The position numbers were made by a program, and so were the translations under genes. From an uncultured Halobacteria archaeon (GTDB lineage Bacteria > Pseudomonadota > Gammaproteobacteria > UBA9214), in NCBI GenBank assembly GCA_963847565.1, contig CAWKAE010000021.1, forward strand, positions 3,303 to 67,302: a DNA stretch of 64,000 nucleotides, read 5' to 3'. The notes under the pieces are model-generated. The model was given only the letters and a program-made list of their open reading frames with translations, did no database searches and was not told the DNA's origin. This document shows, piece by piece, positions 34,645-46,360 of the stretch (its first letter is position 1; every line of letters starts with the position of its first letter).

Positions 34645-35688
34645 TCACACCGGCTCGCCGCCCTTGCCTGCTGACAGCAGGCGTTCAAGCTTCTGGACCT
34701 TGCGGGCCAGCTTGTCCAGCTGCCGGAATCGTGCGTAATTCCTGTTCCAGCTATCATTGTCCTGCGCCGGCACACCGGATGAATACACACCCGGTTCTGT
34801 AATCGACCGTGTCACCATGGTCATCCCGGTTACAACTACGTTGTCCGTTATCTCGAGGTGACCGACGATACCGGCGCCACCTCCGATCATGCAGTGTTTG
34901 CCGATTCGGGCACTGCCGGATATTCCTACACAGCCGGCAATGGCAGTATGCGCACCGATGTGGACATTATGCGCAACCTGGATCTGATTATCGAGTCGAA
35001 CGCCATCTTCCAGCACCGTGTCCTCGAGGGCACCCCGGTCAATCGTGGTATTTGCACCGATATCGACATCGTTGCCGACTCTGACACTGCCAAGCTGGGG
35101 TACCGGCACCCATTCGCCGTTTTCGCTGGCAAGTCCGAATCCGTCACTACCGACGACCGCCCCTGCCGCAATCGTTACCCGCGACCCGATAACCACGCCG
35201 TGACAGATAACGACGTTGGCCGCCAGGCGACTACCCGGCCCGATGACGCTGCCGGCACCAATGTAATTACCGCCGGCAAGTTGCACGCCCGCTTCGATGG
35301 TGGCGCCGTTCTCGATAATGCAGTGCGGGCCAATCCAGGCGCTCGCATCAATGGTGCAATCATCGGCAATTACCGCGCTGGGGTGCGCGCCCTTGCGGTC
35401 AGCCGGCGGTGGAAACAGAATGGCGGCTGCGCGCGCATAAGCGACGTACGGGTTGTCCGTGACGATGGCGGCAACCGGACAGTCTGGCAGGTGTTCAGGT
35501 GCCAGTATCACCACCGTTGCGCGGGTCGAATCGAGGAATTTCCTGTAACCCCGATTGGCGAGGAAACTGATATCACCAGCCTCGGCATGCTGCAACGTTG
35601 CAACTGACGACACCTCGCTGGCAGGATCACCATTTTGCAGCGTGCCGCCTATTTCATCAGCCAGCGTGCCAAGCGTCAGTGCCATCAC
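34645..35688 (-). CDS. lpxD: UDP-3-O-acylglucosamine N-acyltransferase
   Basis: 347 aa with left-handed beta-helix hexapeptide repeats. It shows skp-lpxD-fabZ synteny. Confidence 0.95.
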   Translation of the reverse strand: MMALTLGTLADEIGGTLQNGDPASEVSSVATLQHAEAGDISFLANRGYRKFLDSTRATVVILAPEHLPDCPVAAIVTDNPYVAYARAAAILFPPPADRKGAHPSAVIADDCTIDASAWIGPHCIIENGATIEAGVQLAGGNYIGAGSVIGPGSRLAANVVICHGVVIGSRVTIAAGAVVGSDGFGLASENGEWVPVPQLGSVRVGNDVDIGANTTIDRGALEDTVLEDGVRLDNQIQVAHNVHIGAHTAIAGCVGISGSARIGKHCMIGGGAGIVGHLEITDNVVVTGMTMVTRSITEPGVYSSGVPAQDNDSWNRNYARFRQLDKLARKVQKLERLLSAGKGGEPV

Positions 35689-35712
35689 GCGTCTCCGTAC
35701 GTGAACGGTTTC

Positions 35713-36228
35713 TTACCTGCCTGCCGACAACTTTTTCAATATCAGGTCGGTGATATCCACGCGGTCGCTGGCAAACATGACACCCTGCGCCATGATCAGG
35801 TCATAGTTTTCTGACCTGGCGAAGCTCTCGATAATCTCGCCGATTTCGATATTGACCTGGCGCAGCATCTCGTTTTTCCTGATATTCAGGTCATCGCGAA
35901 ATTCATCCTGTGATCGCTTGAGATCGCGGCGCTTGCTGAGAATGTCCCGCTCCAGCGAACTGCGTTCGCTGTCGCTCATGACGGCACCATCTTTCGTCAG
36001 CTTCTCTTCCTGTTTACCCAGCTTGCGCTGCAGACTAATGAGTTCCTGTTCACGCGAGGAAAACTCCGCATCGATCTTACCCTGGGCCGCCTTGATTTGC
36101 GGCGCGCTTTCGCTCAGCTTGGCCAGGTCTACGAAGCCGACTTTCATCTCTGCAAACGCGGCGACAGGCATGACAAACATCGCAGCGACAAGAACCATTC
36201 CAACTACAGATTGCATATGCGTTTTCAC
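35713..36228 (-). CDS. skp: periplasmic chaperone Skp (OmpH)
   Basis: ORF trimmed to GTG 36228, six nt after GGAGA. The ATG at 36216 is also possible. It has the signal peptide VVGMVLVAAMFVMPVAAFA followed by a coiled-coil body. Confidence 0.85.
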   Translation of the reverse strand: MKTHMQSVVGMVLVAAMFVMPVAAFAEMKVGFVDLAKLSESAPQIKAAQGKIDAEFSSREQELISLQRKLGKQEEKLTKDGAVMSDSERSSLERDILSKRRDLKRSQDEFRDDLNIRKNEMLRQVNIEIGEIIESFARSENYDLIMAQGVMFASDRVDITDLILKKLSAGR

Positions 36229-36367
36229 ATCAATTCTCCGAATTTTCCAGATAACTCCGTTTACATCACAAGCGGACAGGCAGGCATTCACAGACCTCGC
36301 GTATCCTCCATCAACTCTTACCAGCTTTTATCATATACCCGTTTACACTAACCGGGCCCAACCGTCC

Positions 36368-38668
36368 TCAGAAAAAGGTTCCGACAGTAAACTGGAATTT
36401 TTGCTCTTCGTCGGTACTCTTCGCATTCAGCGGGAATCCGAGACTGACCGAGATCGGGCCGAGCGGCGACGCCCAGACACCCGCCAGGCCGGCCGAGTAA
36501 CGCAGATCACCCGCGTCAAACGTATTAATATCATTGTAGACATTACCGACGTCGAGGAAAGCACTCAAACGTGTTGCATTGCTTTTCTCCATGAACGGCA
36601 CCGGGAATATGATTTCAGCATTGAAAACCGTCAGGAACGACCCGCCAATCGCTTCGCCGAATTCATCTTTCGGCCCCAGCGTATTATCTTCAAAGCCGCG
36701 CACTGAACGGATACCGCCGGCGAAGAAGTTCTCGAAAAACGGCATCACTTCAAAATCGCCATAACCGTCACCATAGGCCAGGCGCGCTTTCAGTCCGAGC
36801 GTCAGGTCACTGGTCAGCTGGATAAACTGTTGCTGATTGTAATCCAGCTTGTAGTACTCGAGCCCCGAACCCGGGATGGTACTTTCCAGCGAAACACTCT
36901 GCAGGCTGCCCGTGTCCGGAAACAGTGTTTTGTTGCGCGAGTCGCGACGCCAGCTGGCTGACACGACCAGGTCACCGAAACTGTTGCCGAAGTTGTTCTC
37001 AAAGTCAGTCACGTAACGCGGCGACAAGGTCGTCGATGTCAGGTCCAGACCGCGATAGCCGAAACTGAAGCGTATCCTGTCGTACTCGTTGATCGGCACG
37101 CCGAAGTTGACATCAAGCCCGCGCGTGTCCGTGTTGTACTCGGACAGGTTAGCCTCGCTGGCGTCGGTCTCGCGGAAGTAGGCACCAAACCCCCGACTGA
37201 CGCCATCGATCGTCCAGTACGGATTGACGTAGGAGTAGCTGTAAATCGTATTGACATTGCTGTTATCGAACGTAAAGCTGACCCGCTTGCCGCTGCCCAG
37301 GAAATTATTTTGCTGTACGCTGGCATTGAATAGCAGGCCCGAGCTTTGCGAGAAACCGACACCGGCTGTCACACTGCCGGAGGACGTTTCCTTGACCGAG
37401 TAATTGACATCGAGCTGGTCCGTCGTACCGGGCACTGACGGTGTTTCGACATTGACCTCCTCGAAAAATCCCAGGCGATCAAGTCGCGTCCTGGATCGCT
37501 CTACCTTCTCGGCTGAATACCAGCCACCTTCCATCTGGCGCATTTCACGTCGCAGCACTTTATCTGCGGTGGTGCTATTGCCGGAAAGATTAATGCGTCG
37601 AACATAAACGCGTTTGCCCGGGTCGACAAAAAAGCCCAATGAGACGAGATTTCCCTCGTCGTCGATTTCAGGAACGGTATTGACGTTGGCAAACGCATAG
37701 CCCTGATTACCCAGCAGCGAGCTGATCTTGTCGACGGACTCCGTCACCCGCTTGCGGGAAAACACGTCACCGGGATTGATGTCGATCAGCGGATAAATTT
37801 CCTCCGGCGCCACCACCAGGTCACCCGACAGGGTCACCACCTTGATACGGTACTGATCACCCTCGGTGATATTGATCGTCAGGTAGATATCTTTCTTGTC
37901 CGGCGTAATCGACACCTGCGTGGAGTCGATCTGGAACTTCAGGTAGCCACGATCGAGATACCATGTGCGCAAGACTTCCAGGTCTGCGGACAGCGCCTGC
38001 TTGGAATACTGGTCGCGCTTGGAGAAGTTTGAAAAAAACGTCGGTGTGGTCAGGTTAAACTCATCCAGTAACACTTCGTCGCTGAATGTATGGTTGCCGA
38101 TAATGTTGATCTTCTTGATACGTGCAACACGCCCCTCGGATATATCAATGAGGATGCCGACACGATTGCGCTCCAGTGGCGTAATCGTTGTGTTAATCCG
38201 GACCGCGTATTTACCACGACTGAAATACTGACGCTGCAGCTCCTGCTCCACCTTCTCCAGCAGGGAGCGATCGAACACACGCCCTTCGGCAAGCCCGATA
38301 TCCTTCAGCCCTGCCAGCAACTCATCCGTATCAAGATCCTGGTTACCTTCCAGCTTGATACTGCTGATTGCGGCGCGTTCCCGTACGAACACCACCAGCA
38401 CATCACCATCACGCTCAAGTCGTACATCGTCAAAAAAACCGGTTTTGAACAGTGTCCGGATAGCCCTGACACTGGCCTCGGTGTCCAGGGTCTGCCCGGT
38501 TTTCACCGGCAGATAGTTAAACACGGTGCCGGCAGATATCCGCTGCAGGCCCTCCACGCGGATATCGGACACCTTGAACGGTTCGAATGCCTGTACCGGG
38601 CTGCACAGGAACAAGGCCAGCAGCAAGGCTGGAATAATCAATCCATGAAATTTAATACGGTTGTGCAT
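36368..38668 (-). CDS. bamA: outer membrane protein assembly factor BamA
   Basis: 766 aa with a signal peptide, POTRA repeats and a C-terminal beta-barrel ending in ...FQFTVGTFF. Confidence 0.95.
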   Translation of the reverse strand: MHNRIKFHGLIIPALLLALFLCSPVQAFEPFKVSDIRVEGLQRISAGTVFNYLPVKTGQTLDTEASVRAIRTLFKTGFFDDVRLERDGDVLVVFVRERAAISSIKLEGNQDLDTDELLAGLKDIGLAEGRVFDRSLLEKVEQELQRQYFSRGKYAVRINTTITPLERNRVGILIDISEGRVARIKKINIIGNHTFSDEVLLDEFNLTTPTFFSNFSKRDQYSKQALSADLEVLRTWYLDRGYLKFQIDSTQVSITPDKKDIYLTINITEGDQYRIKVVTLSGDLVVAPEEIYPLIDINPGDVFSRKRVTESVDKISSLLGNQGYAFANVNTVPEIDDEGNLVSLGFFVDPGKRVYVRRINLSGNSTTADKVLRREMRQMEGGWYSAEKVERSRTRLDRLGFFEEVNVETPSVPGTTDQLDVNYSVKETSSGSVTAGVGFSQSSGLLFNASVQQNNFLGSGKRVSFTFDNSNVNTIYSYSYVNPYWTIDGVSRGFGAYFRETDASEANLSEYNTDTRGLDVNFGVPINEYDRIRFSFGYRGLDLTSTTLSPRYVTDFENNFGNSFGDLVVSASWRRDSRNKTLFPDTGSLQSVSLESTIPGSGLEYYKLDYNQQQFIQLTSDLTLGLKARLAYGDGYGDFEVMPFFENFFAGGIRSVRGFEDNTLGPKDEFGEAIGGSFLTVFNAEIIFPVPFMEKSNATRLSAFLDVGNVYNDINTFDAGDLRYSAGLAGVWASPLGPISVSLGFPLNAKSTDEEQKFQFTVGTFF

Positions 38669-38677
38669 TCTTGTTAC

Positions 38678-40039
38678 TTATTCAACCAGGCGCAAAATGT
38701 CGTTATAAAAAGCCACTGACATCAGCGTCAGCAGCATCACAATGCCGATTTTCTGTCCAACCAGTTGTGTCGCTTCCGTCACCGGGCTGCCCTTGACGAG
38801 TTCAACCAGGTAATACAGCAAGTGTCCGCCATCCAGTATCGGTACCGGCAACAGGTTCAGGACACCGAGGCTGACGCTGACGATCCCGAGGAAACCGAGA
38901 AACGCTGCCAGACCGATGGTGGCCGACTGGCCCGCGTACTGTGCGATACTGATCGGTCCACTGAGGTTCTCCACGGACGCCTTGCCTGTCACCATCTTCC
39001 ACAGGGTACGCAGCGTGAGCGTGGTCACTTCCCAGGTCTTGCCAAGTGCCGCGGGAAACGCGCCCAGCAGGCCGTGTCGCACAACGACGCGCATTGTATC
39101 ACGCTGTTCCTGGTCCGGTAGCTGCACGGATGCACCAATAAATCCGATGGTCTGACCGGTCTCAAGCTTGCTTTCCGGCACGAGCGTCAGGTCGATCTCA
39201 GCTCCAGCCCGCAGCACGCGCACCGCCAGCTGCTTCCCGGGCCGTTCGCGAACATACATGACCCAGTCATTCCAGCTGTCAATTAATGTGTCCCCGGCAC
39301 CGAGTATGCGGTCGCCGCCCAGCAGCCCGGCCCGTTCAGCGGCACCACCTGCCACGATCTCGTCGAGAACCGGCGGCAACTGCCACAGGCCTACACCGAA
39401 ATTCTTCAGCACACCACCCTTCTCCAGCAAAATGCCGTCACCCAGGTCAGACTGCAGACGCCGCAACTGGCCGTCTGCGCCACGCACGGTCAGCGCTAAC
39501 GACGACTGTTCGTCAAGACCTGCATCAAGCAGCGCCATGACCGTCGATTCCCAGGTAGGTGTTTGTTTCCCGCCAACTGAAATTATCTCATCACCGGTCA
39601 GAATGCCGGCGGCGGCGGCGTATGACCCGACCTGCACATCACCAACAACCGGGCGCAGTCCCGGCACACCGGCAACAAACATTGCCCAGTACACAAAAAT
39701 GGCAAACAGGAAATTGAACAGGGGACCGGCGACCACCACGGCAATGCGCGTCGATACCGGCTTGCGATTGAATGCCCGGTGCAACTCGCCGGCGGCAACC
39801 TCACCCTCGCGCTCGTCGAGCATCTTGACGTAACCGCCGAGCGGAATGGCGGCAACGACCAGTTCGGTGCGATCATTACCGAATGTCCGTGACCACAGTG
39901 GTTTGCCGAAACCAATCGAAAAACGCAGCACCTTGACGCCCAGGCGCCGGGCGACCCAGTAGTGACCAAACTCGTGGACTGTCACCAGCGCACCGATAGC
40001 AACCACAAACGCCAGTAACGAAATTAACACGCCGTTCAT
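38678..40039 (-). CDS. rseP: RIP zinc metalloprotease RseP
   Basis: 453 aa with the HEFGH motif, two PDZ regions and an LDG motif near the C-terminus. Confidence 0.93.
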   Translation of the reverse strand: MNGVLISLLAFVVAIGALVTVHEFGHYWVARRLGVKVLRFSIGFGKPLWSRTFGNDRTELVVAAIPLGGYVKMLDEREGEVAAGELHRAFNRKPVSTRIAVVVAGPLFNFLFAIFVYWAMFVAGVPGLRPVVGDVQVGSYAAAAGILTGDEIISVGGKQTPTWESTVMALLDAGLDEQSSLALTVRGADGQLRRLQSDLGDGILLEKGGVLKNFGVGLWQLPPVLDEIVAGGAAERAGLLGGDRILGAGDTLIDSWNDWVMYVRERPGKQLAVRVLRAGAEIDLTLVPESKLETGQTIGFIGASVQLPDQEQRDTMRVVVRHGLLGAFPAALGKTWEVTTLTLRTLWKMVTGKASVENLSGPISIAQYAGQSATIGLAAFLGFLGIVSVSLGVLNLLPVPILDGGHLLYYLVELVKGSPVTEATQLVGQKIGIVMLLTLMSVAFYNDILRLVE

Positions 40040-41259
40040 TGTGCCACTACGACCCGCGTCTGCAGAATAAGTTCGGTGGCCGTTGTACGCGCCACTGCAT
40101 CGTCATCCAGTATGACCTGCAAGGTGTCAGCCGGATGGACGGCGCATTGCCCAAGTGTGTCCTCGATAACCCGGGGTATGGCAGTAAACGGGATACGCCG
40201 GTCGAGGAATGCCGCGACGGCAATCTCGTTTGCCGCATTCAGGATGGCCGGTGCCGTGCCACCCGTTTCAAGCGCTGCCGTTGCCAGCGACAGGCAGGGA
40301 AAGCGGGTCTCGTCCGGCGCCTCGAATTGCAACAGCCCGTGCTCAACCAGATCGAGGCCGTCGGCACCCGAGGTAATGCGGTCCGGCCAGCCCAATGCGT
40401 GGCTGATCGGAATGCGCATATCCGGATTACCCAGTTGCGCCAGCATGGAACCGTCGTCGTACTCTACCAGCGAGTGCACCAGTGACTGCGGATGTAATAC
40501 CACCCGGATTCGATCCGCTCCCAGACCAAACAACCAGCCGGCCTCGATCACTTCCAGCCCCTTGTTCATCATGGTGGCGGAATCTACGGAAATCTTGCGT
40601 CCCATGTCCCAGTTCGGGTGCGCGCAGGCCTGCTCCGGCGTGACGCCATCGAGCTGGTTGAGCGGCAGCGCACGAAACGGCCCACCGGACGCCGTCAGCA
40701 CAACCCGGCGTACGCCGCGCGGCGCCGTGCCTGCCTGGTAGTTATCCGGCAAACACTGAAAAATCGCATTATGTTCGCTGTCGATCGGCAACAGTGTGGC
40801 GTGATTGCGCTGCACAGCTTCCATAAACAGTGCGCCGGACATTACCAGCGCTTCCTTGTTGGCAAGCAACACATGCTTGCCCGAGTTCGCCGCCGCGAGC
40901 GACGGCAACAGCCCGGCCGCACCGACAATGGCGGCCATTACATGGGTTACTTCCGGCAAGCCGGCAACGCGAACCAGCGCCTCCTGTCCGGACAGCACTT
41001 CCACATCAGGTGCACGATCTTTCAATAAAGCCTGCAAACGCGTGGCCGCATCCGTATCGCTCATGACGGCGTAGCGCGGCTGGAACTGCACACATTGCGC
41101 TGCCAGCTTTTCTACCCGCGTGTTCGCCGTCAGCGCGACTACCCGGTAACGGTCGGGATGTCGTGCAACGACATCCAGCGTACTCAACCCTATTGAACCG
41201 GTAGAGCCCAGGATTGTGATGCCGGTCGGTGTCGTGGTCGTAGTCACAGTTCCAGCCAC
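40036..41259 (-). CDS. dxr: 1-deoxy-D-xylulose-5-phosphate reductoisomerase
   Basis: Carries the GSTGSIG motif. The start is either GTG 41259 or GTG 41247, which has a GTGA overlap with the cdsA stop. Confidence 0.95.
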   Translation of the reverse strand: MAGTVTTTTTPTGITILGSTGSIGLSTLDVVARHPDRYRVVALTANTRVEKLAAQCVQFQPRYAVMSDTDAATRLQALLKDRAPDVEVLSGQEALVRVAGLPEVTHVMAAIVGAAGLLPSLAAANSGKHVLLANKEALVMSGALFMEAVQRNHATLLPIDSEHNAIFQCLPDNYQAGTAPRGVRRVVLTASGGPFRALPLNQLDGVTPEQACAHPNWDMGRKISVDSATMMNKGLEVIEAGWLFGLGADRIRVVLHPQSLVHSLVEYDDGSMLAQLGNPDMRIPISHALGWPDRITSGADGLDLVEHGLLQFEAPDETRFPCLSLATAALETGGTAPAILNAANEIAVAAFLDRRIPFTAIPRVIEDTLGQCAVHPADTLQVILDDDAVARTTATELILQTRVVVAQ

Positions 41260-42065
41260 CGGTACGCGGCAAGAAACAGCGGTGCCGCTGCAACCAGACT
41301 GTCTATCCGGTCAAAAATACCACCATGGCCCGGAATTATATTGCCACTGTCCTTTATGCCACCCTGGCGTTTGAGCAGGCTGACCAGTAAATCACCGACG
41401 ACGGAAAACATCATGGCTACCAGCGTCGCCAGCATGAATTTCACAGTCCACGGGAAATCGGCTTCCAGCAACCACCAGGCGATGGCACCGGCAAACACAA
41501 CACTCGCCAGCAAACCACCGTACACACCCTCCCAGGTCTTGCCCGGACTGACGACCGGTGCCAGCTTGTGTTTACCCAGGTAGCGCCCTGCAAAATATGC
41601 CCCGCTGTCGGCCAGCCAGACCATCACCAGCAGGATAAGCACCAACCGTGGGCCGTCGTCCGCAGTGCCATGCACCAGTGTCAGCGCAGCCCAGGCCGGC
41701 ACGCATACCAGTGCGCCGGCCAGCAACTTGGCAGTAACGCAGGCAGCGTTATTTGCCGCACACAGCTGCGGACGGGTCAGCCAGACCAGTGCGCACAGCC
41801 ACCAGGCGCAGGCAGCCAGCAACAGCGGCATGGCAATGACCTCCAGATCCAGCTGGAAGGCCGACCAGAACAGGCCGGCGATGATGACCATGTAACCCAG
41901 GCGTGCCGCCACCGAGTGCAATCCGGCAAGGCGGCCCCACTCCCACACACCGGCGAGCAAAATCGCGGCGAGAACCAGCATGAAGGCATCCGTGGACAGG
42001 TAAAGAACGCCGTATATAACCAGCGGGATCAGGACGAGCGCAGATATCAGGCGCGTTCTAAGCAC
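41244..42065 (-). CDS. cdsA: phosphatidate cytidylyltransferase
   Basis: A 273-aa polytopic membrane protein with the C-terminal signature [11 protein letters not shown]. Confidence 0.9.
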   Translation of the reverse strand: MLRTRLISALVLIPLVIYGVLYLSTDAFMLVLAAILLAGVWEWGRLAGLHSVAARLGYMVIIAGLFWSAFQLDLEVIAMPLLLAACAWWLCALVWLTRPQLCAANNAACVTAKLLAGALVCVPAWAALTLVHGTADDGPRLVLILLVMVWLADSGAYFAGRYLGKHKLAPVVSPGKTWEGVYGGLLASVVFAGAIAWWLLEADFPWTVKFMLATLVAMMFSVVGDLLVSLLKRQGGIKDSGNIIPGHGGIFDRIDSLVAAAPLFLAAYRWLEL

Positions 42066-42810
42066 CCGTTAGTTGCTCCACCTGCTCACCGGTACGCCCG
42101 AATCGACGCTGGCGATTGGCGAACCAGTCAAGCGCCTTGCCGAACTCCCCTTCGTCGAATACCGGCCAGAGGATATCGGTGAAGTACAGCTCGGTATACG
42201 CCAGCTGCCACAACAGGAAATTACTGATACGTCGCTCGCCACCGGTACGGATAAACAGGTCCGGCAACGGCAGATCGGCAATGCACATTTCCTGTGCAAT
42301 GCGTTGCTGGGTAATTTCCTCCGCCTGCAACTCACCTGCCTGTACCCGGTCGGCGAGTCTTCGGCATGCCTGCGTGATGTCCCATTGCCCGCCATAGTTT
42401 GCGGCGATAACCAGCTCAAGCTGGCGGTTGCCTTCGGTTTGTAATTCGGACTCTTTGATCAGCTGCTGCAGGTTGGATGAAAATGCGGAACGGTCACCAA
42501 TGAAACGCAACCTGACATTATTGCGGTCGAGTGCGGCGACTTCCTTTTTCAGGGTATTGACGAACAGGTCCATGATCTTGCTGACCTCGTCACTTGGCCG
42601 GCGCCAGTTTTCACTGCTGAAGGCAAACAGGGTCAGCGCACCGATCCCCTTGTCGATACAGGTCTCGACGGTGCGTCTGACGGACTTGACGCCTTCACGG
42701 TGACCGATCGCACGGGGCAGCATGCGGGCACGTGCCCAGCGGCCGTTGCCGTCCATTATGATGGCAACGTGTCGTGGCTGGCTGGTTGCGTTGCTGTCAG
42801 ACTGCTTCAA
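42058..42810 (-). CDS. uppS: di-trans,poly-cis-undecaprenyl-diphosphate synthase
   Basis: 250 aa with the motifs HVAIIMDGNGRWA and ERRISNFLLWQ. Confidence 0.93.
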   Translation of the reverse strand: MKQSDSNATSQPRHVAIIMDGNGRWARARMLPRAIGHREGVKSVRRTVETCIDKGIGALTLFAFSSENWRRPSDEVSKIMDLFVNTLKKEVAALDRNNVRLRFIGDRSAFSSNLQQLIKESELQTEGNRQLELVIAANYGGQWDITQACRRLADRVQAGELQAEEITQQRIAQEMCIADLPLPDLFIRTGGERRISNFLLWQLAYTELYFTDILWPVFDEGEFGKALDWFANRQRRFGRTGEQVEQLTGA

Positions 42811-42851
42811 GAAAACTTACCCGTTAACCAAAATAACCCGTTTACCGGAAC

Positions 42852-43409
42852 CTAGATTTCCATCAACTCCGCTTCCTTGTCGGCCAGCACCTGGTCAACT
42901 TCCGCTACCCGTTCGTCGGTGAGCTTCTGGATATCATCGTGTGCCTTGCGCTCATCATCTGTCGAAATTTCCTTTTCCTTGACCAGATCCTTGAAATCGT
43001 TGTTTGCATCGCGCCGGATGTTGCGTATTGCGACCTTGGCGGCCTCGCCATCCTTGCGCACGACCTTGACCAGTTCGCGCCGCGTTTCCTCGGTCAGTGG
43101 CGGCATGGGTATGCGTATGACCGTCCCCGCCGTGGCAGGATTCAGACCCAGGTCAGATTTCATGATCGACTTTTCAATCGGCTGCACCATGGTCTTCTCC
43201 CAGGGCGTCACCGACAGGGTGCGCGCATCTTCCACACCGATATTGGCCACCTGCGAAATCGGCACTTCCGAGCCGTAGTAATCCACCGTGAGATGATCCA
43301 GCAAACTGGGGTGTGCACGACCGGTTCGCACCTTGCCGAGTCCCTGCCTGAGCGAATCGATTGTCTTGCTCATGCGTACACCGGCATCCTTGATAATATC
43401 GTCGATCAT
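42852..43409 (-). CDS. frr: ribosome recycling factor
   Basis: A full-length 185-aa RRF by similarity. Confidence 0.95.
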   Translation of the reverse strand: MIDDIIKDAGVRMSKTIDSLRQGLGKVRTGRAHPSLLDHLTVDYYGSEVPISQVANIGVEDARTLSVTPWEKTMVQPIEKSIMKSDLGLNPATAGTVIRIPMPPLTEETRRELVKVVRKDGEAAKVAIRNIRRDANNDFKDLVKEKEISTDDERKAHDDIQKLTDERVAEVDQVLADKEAELMEI

Positions 43410-44128
43410 GTTGCCTGATTCTCCTTGCTGACCAGGGTGCCGACCGCCTCACCGGCAACGATTCTCTCCAGCTGGCCATGTTCGAATACATTGAAAACCC
43501 GCAGCGGCATATTGTGTTCACTGCAAAGCACCAGCGCCGTTGCATCCATGACACCCAGCTTCTTCTGCAGCGCTTCATCGTAGCTGATGAAATCAAACAG
43601 CGTGGCGTCCGGATTGGACACGGGGTCCGCCGAGTACACGCCATTGACCTTGGTTGCCTTGAGCATGATATCCGCGCCAATTTCGATAGCGCGCAGGCTG
43701 GCCGCCGAGTCGGTTGTAAAGAAGGGGTTGCCGGTACCGGCAGCAAAGATCACGACACGTCCGGCCGTCAGATGCTCGATTGCCTGGCGTGCCGAGTAGG
43801 GCTCGCACACCTGCTGCATGGTGAGTGCCGACATGACCCGGCAGTCACTACCGGCTTGTGTGAGTGCATCCTGCATGGCGAGCGCATTGATGACGGTTGC
43901 CAGCATACCCATGTGATCGCCGGTGACCCGGTTCATGCCGGCAGCGGCCAGGCCGGCGCCACGCAGCAGGTTACCACCGCCAATGACCAGCCCGATCTGT
44001 ATGCCACGGGACACCTGCTCGTGAATTTCCGCTGCCAGGCGCCCGGTGACGCCCGGGTCGATTCCGTGAGTGCCCTCGCCCATCAGGGCCTCGCCACTCA
44101 GTTTCAGCAGTAACCGCCGGTATCCCAT
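43406..44128 (-). CDS. pyrH: UMP kinase
   Basis: 240 aa with the motif LLKLSGEAL. It has an ATGA overlap with frr. Confidence 0.95.
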   Translation of the reverse strand: MGYRRLLLKLSGEALMGEGTHGIDPGVTGRLAAEIHEQVSRGIQIGLVIGGGNLLRGAGLAAAGMNRVTGDHMGMLATVINALAMQDALTQAGSDCRVMSALTMQQVCEPYSARQAIEHLTAGRVVIFAAGTGNPFFTTDSAASLRAIEIGADIMLKATKVNGVYSADPVSNPDATLFDFISYDEALQKKLGVMDATALVLCSEHNMPLRVFNVFEHGQLERIVAGEAVGTLVSKENQAT

Positions 44129-44211
44129 ACTTAACCCTTAACTATCATGTATATAGGGTATTCTCACACCCCGCCCGGGTGCATTGTCTTACTTTTAATG
44201 GCGGATTGCCA

Positions 44212-44240
44212 TAAAAACCGGGGCCGAATGTCGGCCCCGT
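44212..44240 (-). terminator. rho-independent terminator downstream of tsf
   Basis: The minus strand reads cGGGGCCGacattCGGCCCCg followed by GTTTTTA, an 8-bp GC-rich stem, a 5-nt loop and a T5 tract. Confidence 0.55.
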
Positions 44241-44281
44241 TGTTGGTACGTAAATTAAAGTCTGCGATCAGTGCCCGGCGA

Positions 44282-45172
44282 TCAACCGCCCTTCACCTGC
44301 GCCATGACTTCGTCGGCGAAGTTCTCGCTCTTCTTCTCGATACCCTCGCCCAGCTCAACACGCTCGAAGCGGCTGACGCTGGCACCGGCCTGCTCAAGCA
44401 GCTTGCCAACCGTCAGGTCCGGGTCCTTGACGAAGGACTGGCCCAGCAGGGTAATTTCACCGAGGTACTTGCGGATACGCCCTTCAATCATCTTCTCGAT
44501 GATGTTGTCAGGCTTGCCACTTTCACGCGCCTGCGCGGTGAAAATATTGCGCTCACCTTCGATCAGTTCAGCCGGCACCTCGTCTTCGGACACACAGACG
44601 GGACGCGGGTCATGCGCAGCAATATGCATGGCCAGGTCCTTGCCGAGGCTCGCATCGCCGCCATCGAGTTCAACCAGCACGCCGATACGCACGCCGTGTG
44701 CATAGGCTGCCAGCAACCCGTTGCTTTCGATGCGCGTAAAGCGACGCACCGTGATGTTTTCACCAATCGTGGCGATCAGCGCCTTGCGTGAGTCTTCAAT
44801 CGTGGTCGCATCGCCGTCATTCAACGGCATCGCCATCAGGGCATCGATGTCAGCCGGATTGTCGGCCAGTACACGCTTTGCAATTGAACTGGCAAAGGCC
44901 TGAAAGTCATCTTTCTTGGCAACGAAATCGGTTTCGCAATTGACTTCAACAATTGCCGCCGTCTTGTTGTCATCGCTCATCTCGATAACAACCAGGCCCT
45001 CGGCCGCAATACGGCTTGCCTTCTTGTCAGCCTTCGCCATGCCGGACTTGCGCAATGCCTCGATTGCAACATCCAGATCGCCATTGGCATCCGTCAGTGC
45101 CTTCTTGCACTCCATCATGCCGGAACCGGTACGCTCGCGCAGTTCCTTGACTTGCGCTGCAGTTATAGCCAT
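44282..45172 (-). CDS. tsf: translation elongation factor Ts
   Basis: 296 aa with the N-terminal UBA-like motif VKELRERTGSGMMECKKAL. Confidence 0.95.
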   Translation of the reverse strand: MAITAAQVKELRERTGSGMMECKKALTDANGDLDVAIEALRKSGMAKADKKASRIAAEGLVVIEMSDDNKTAAIVEVNCETDFVAKKDDFQAFASSIAKRVLADNPADIDALMAMPLNDGDATTIEDSRKALIATIGENITVRRFTRIESNGLLAAYAHGVRIGVLVELDGGDASLGKDLAMHIAAHDPRPVCVSEDEVPAELIEGERNIFTAQARESGKPDNIIEKMIEGRIRKYLGEITLLGQSFVKDPDLTVGKLLEQAGASVSRFERVELGEGIEKKSENFADEVMAQVKGG

Positions 45173-45222
45173 TTCAGAAATCCTCCAGAATACTCGTCAA
45201 TACGTGCTTTACCCGTGCCCGG

Positions 45223-46119
45223 TTACTCACTGGCGGCATCGGCATCCTGCGTTGCAGCATCCGCTTCAGCAGCAACCGCTTCCGGCGCGTCCTTTTTCAC
45301 TGCCTTTTTCGCTACCTTTTTCACGGTCACTTTCTTCGCTGCCTTCTTCTTTGGCGCTGCCTTTTTCTTCGGCGCAGGAACAGCACCTTCATTCACCTCG
45401 ACAAATTCATCAGCCGAGTCGGCAACGGCATGAGCGACACTCAGCTTGCCGGTGTTGGCCGCATCGGCGGCCGCCTCGACATACAGCTTGATGGAGCGAA
45501 TGGCATCATCATTACCCGGAATGACGTAATCGATACCGTCGAGCGAGTTATTCGTGTCGACTACACCGATGACAGGAATACCCAGCTTGCGCGCTTCCTT
45601 GATGGCGATCTTTTCATAGCCGACATCAACGATAAACATGGCATCCGGAATACCGCGCATGTCCTTGATACCACCGAGACTGCGCTCCAGCTTGTCGCGC
45701 TCACGCGTCAGCATCAGCGCTTCTTTCTTGCTGATACGATCGAAGGAACCGTCTTCGGACATGGTCTCGAGATCTTTCAGGCGCTTGATCGACTGGCGGA
45801 CCGTTTTGTAGTTGGTCAGCATGCCGCCGAGCCAGCGGTGATTCACGTAGGGCATACCACAGCGAATCGCATTTTCCATAATGGCAGTCTGCGCGGAACG
45901 CTTGGTGCCAACGAACAACACCGTGCCACCATTGGCGACCATGCTGCTCACGTAGTTCATCGCATCCGTGAACAACGGCATGGTTTTTTCGAGATTGATA
46001 ATGTGGATCTTGCCACGCTCGCCAAAGATGTACGGGGCCATCTTCGGGTTCCAGTAACGGGTCTGGTGGCCAAAGTGCACACCAGCTTCCAGCATCTGGC
46101 GCATTGATACGTCTGACAT
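45223..46119 (-). CDS. rpsB: 30S ribosomal protein S2 with a Lys/Ala-rich C-terminal extension
   Basis: ORF trimmed to ATG 46119, preceded by GGAGA ([27 protein letters not shown]). It is 298 aa. The tail reads [28 protein letters not shown].... Confidence 0.95.
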   Translation of the reverse strand: MSDVSMRQMLEAGVHFGHQTRYWNPKMAPYIFGERGKIHIINLEKTMPLFTDAMNYVSSMVANGGTVLFVGTKRSAQTAIMENAIRCGMPYVNHRWLGGMLTNYKTVRQSIKRLKDLETMSEDGSFDRISKKEALMLTRERDKLERSLGGIKDMRGIPDAMFIVDVGYEKIAIKEARKLGIPVIGVVDTNNSLDGIDYVIPGNDDAIRSIKLYVEAAADAANTGKLSVAHAVADSADEFVEVNEGAVPAPKKKAAPKKKAAKKVTVKKVAKKAVKKDAPEAVAAEADAATQDADAASE

Positions 46120-46279
46120 GTCTGTTTCTCCAATGTCGGGTTGGTCTTCCATGCACCCCATGACAGCAACCTGCTGCGGCCGATCGAACCGGTCGCAAGC
46201 CAGGCACCCTGCTGCATGTGCCGGTGCATGTGTGTATTTTGCCGTGAGGACCGCGATCGGCCCACTTAACAAGCCCGCC

Positions 46280-46308
46280 TTTATACCATACACTGCACTT
46301 CCCGACAA
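46280..46308 (-). promoter_or_regulatory. rpsB: candidate rpsB sigma-70 promoter (TTGTCG, 17 nt, TATAAA with upstream TGG)
   Basis: The minus strand reads ttgtcgggaagtgcagtgtatggtataaa, about 160 nt upstream of the rpsB ATG. TGGTATAAA resembles the extended -10 that I recall being reported for E. coli rpsB. Confidence 0.4.
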
Positions 46309-46360
46309 ACGGTTCAACCACCCCTGACCGGGACCAACCGTCAGCAGATCAGGACGTTAC

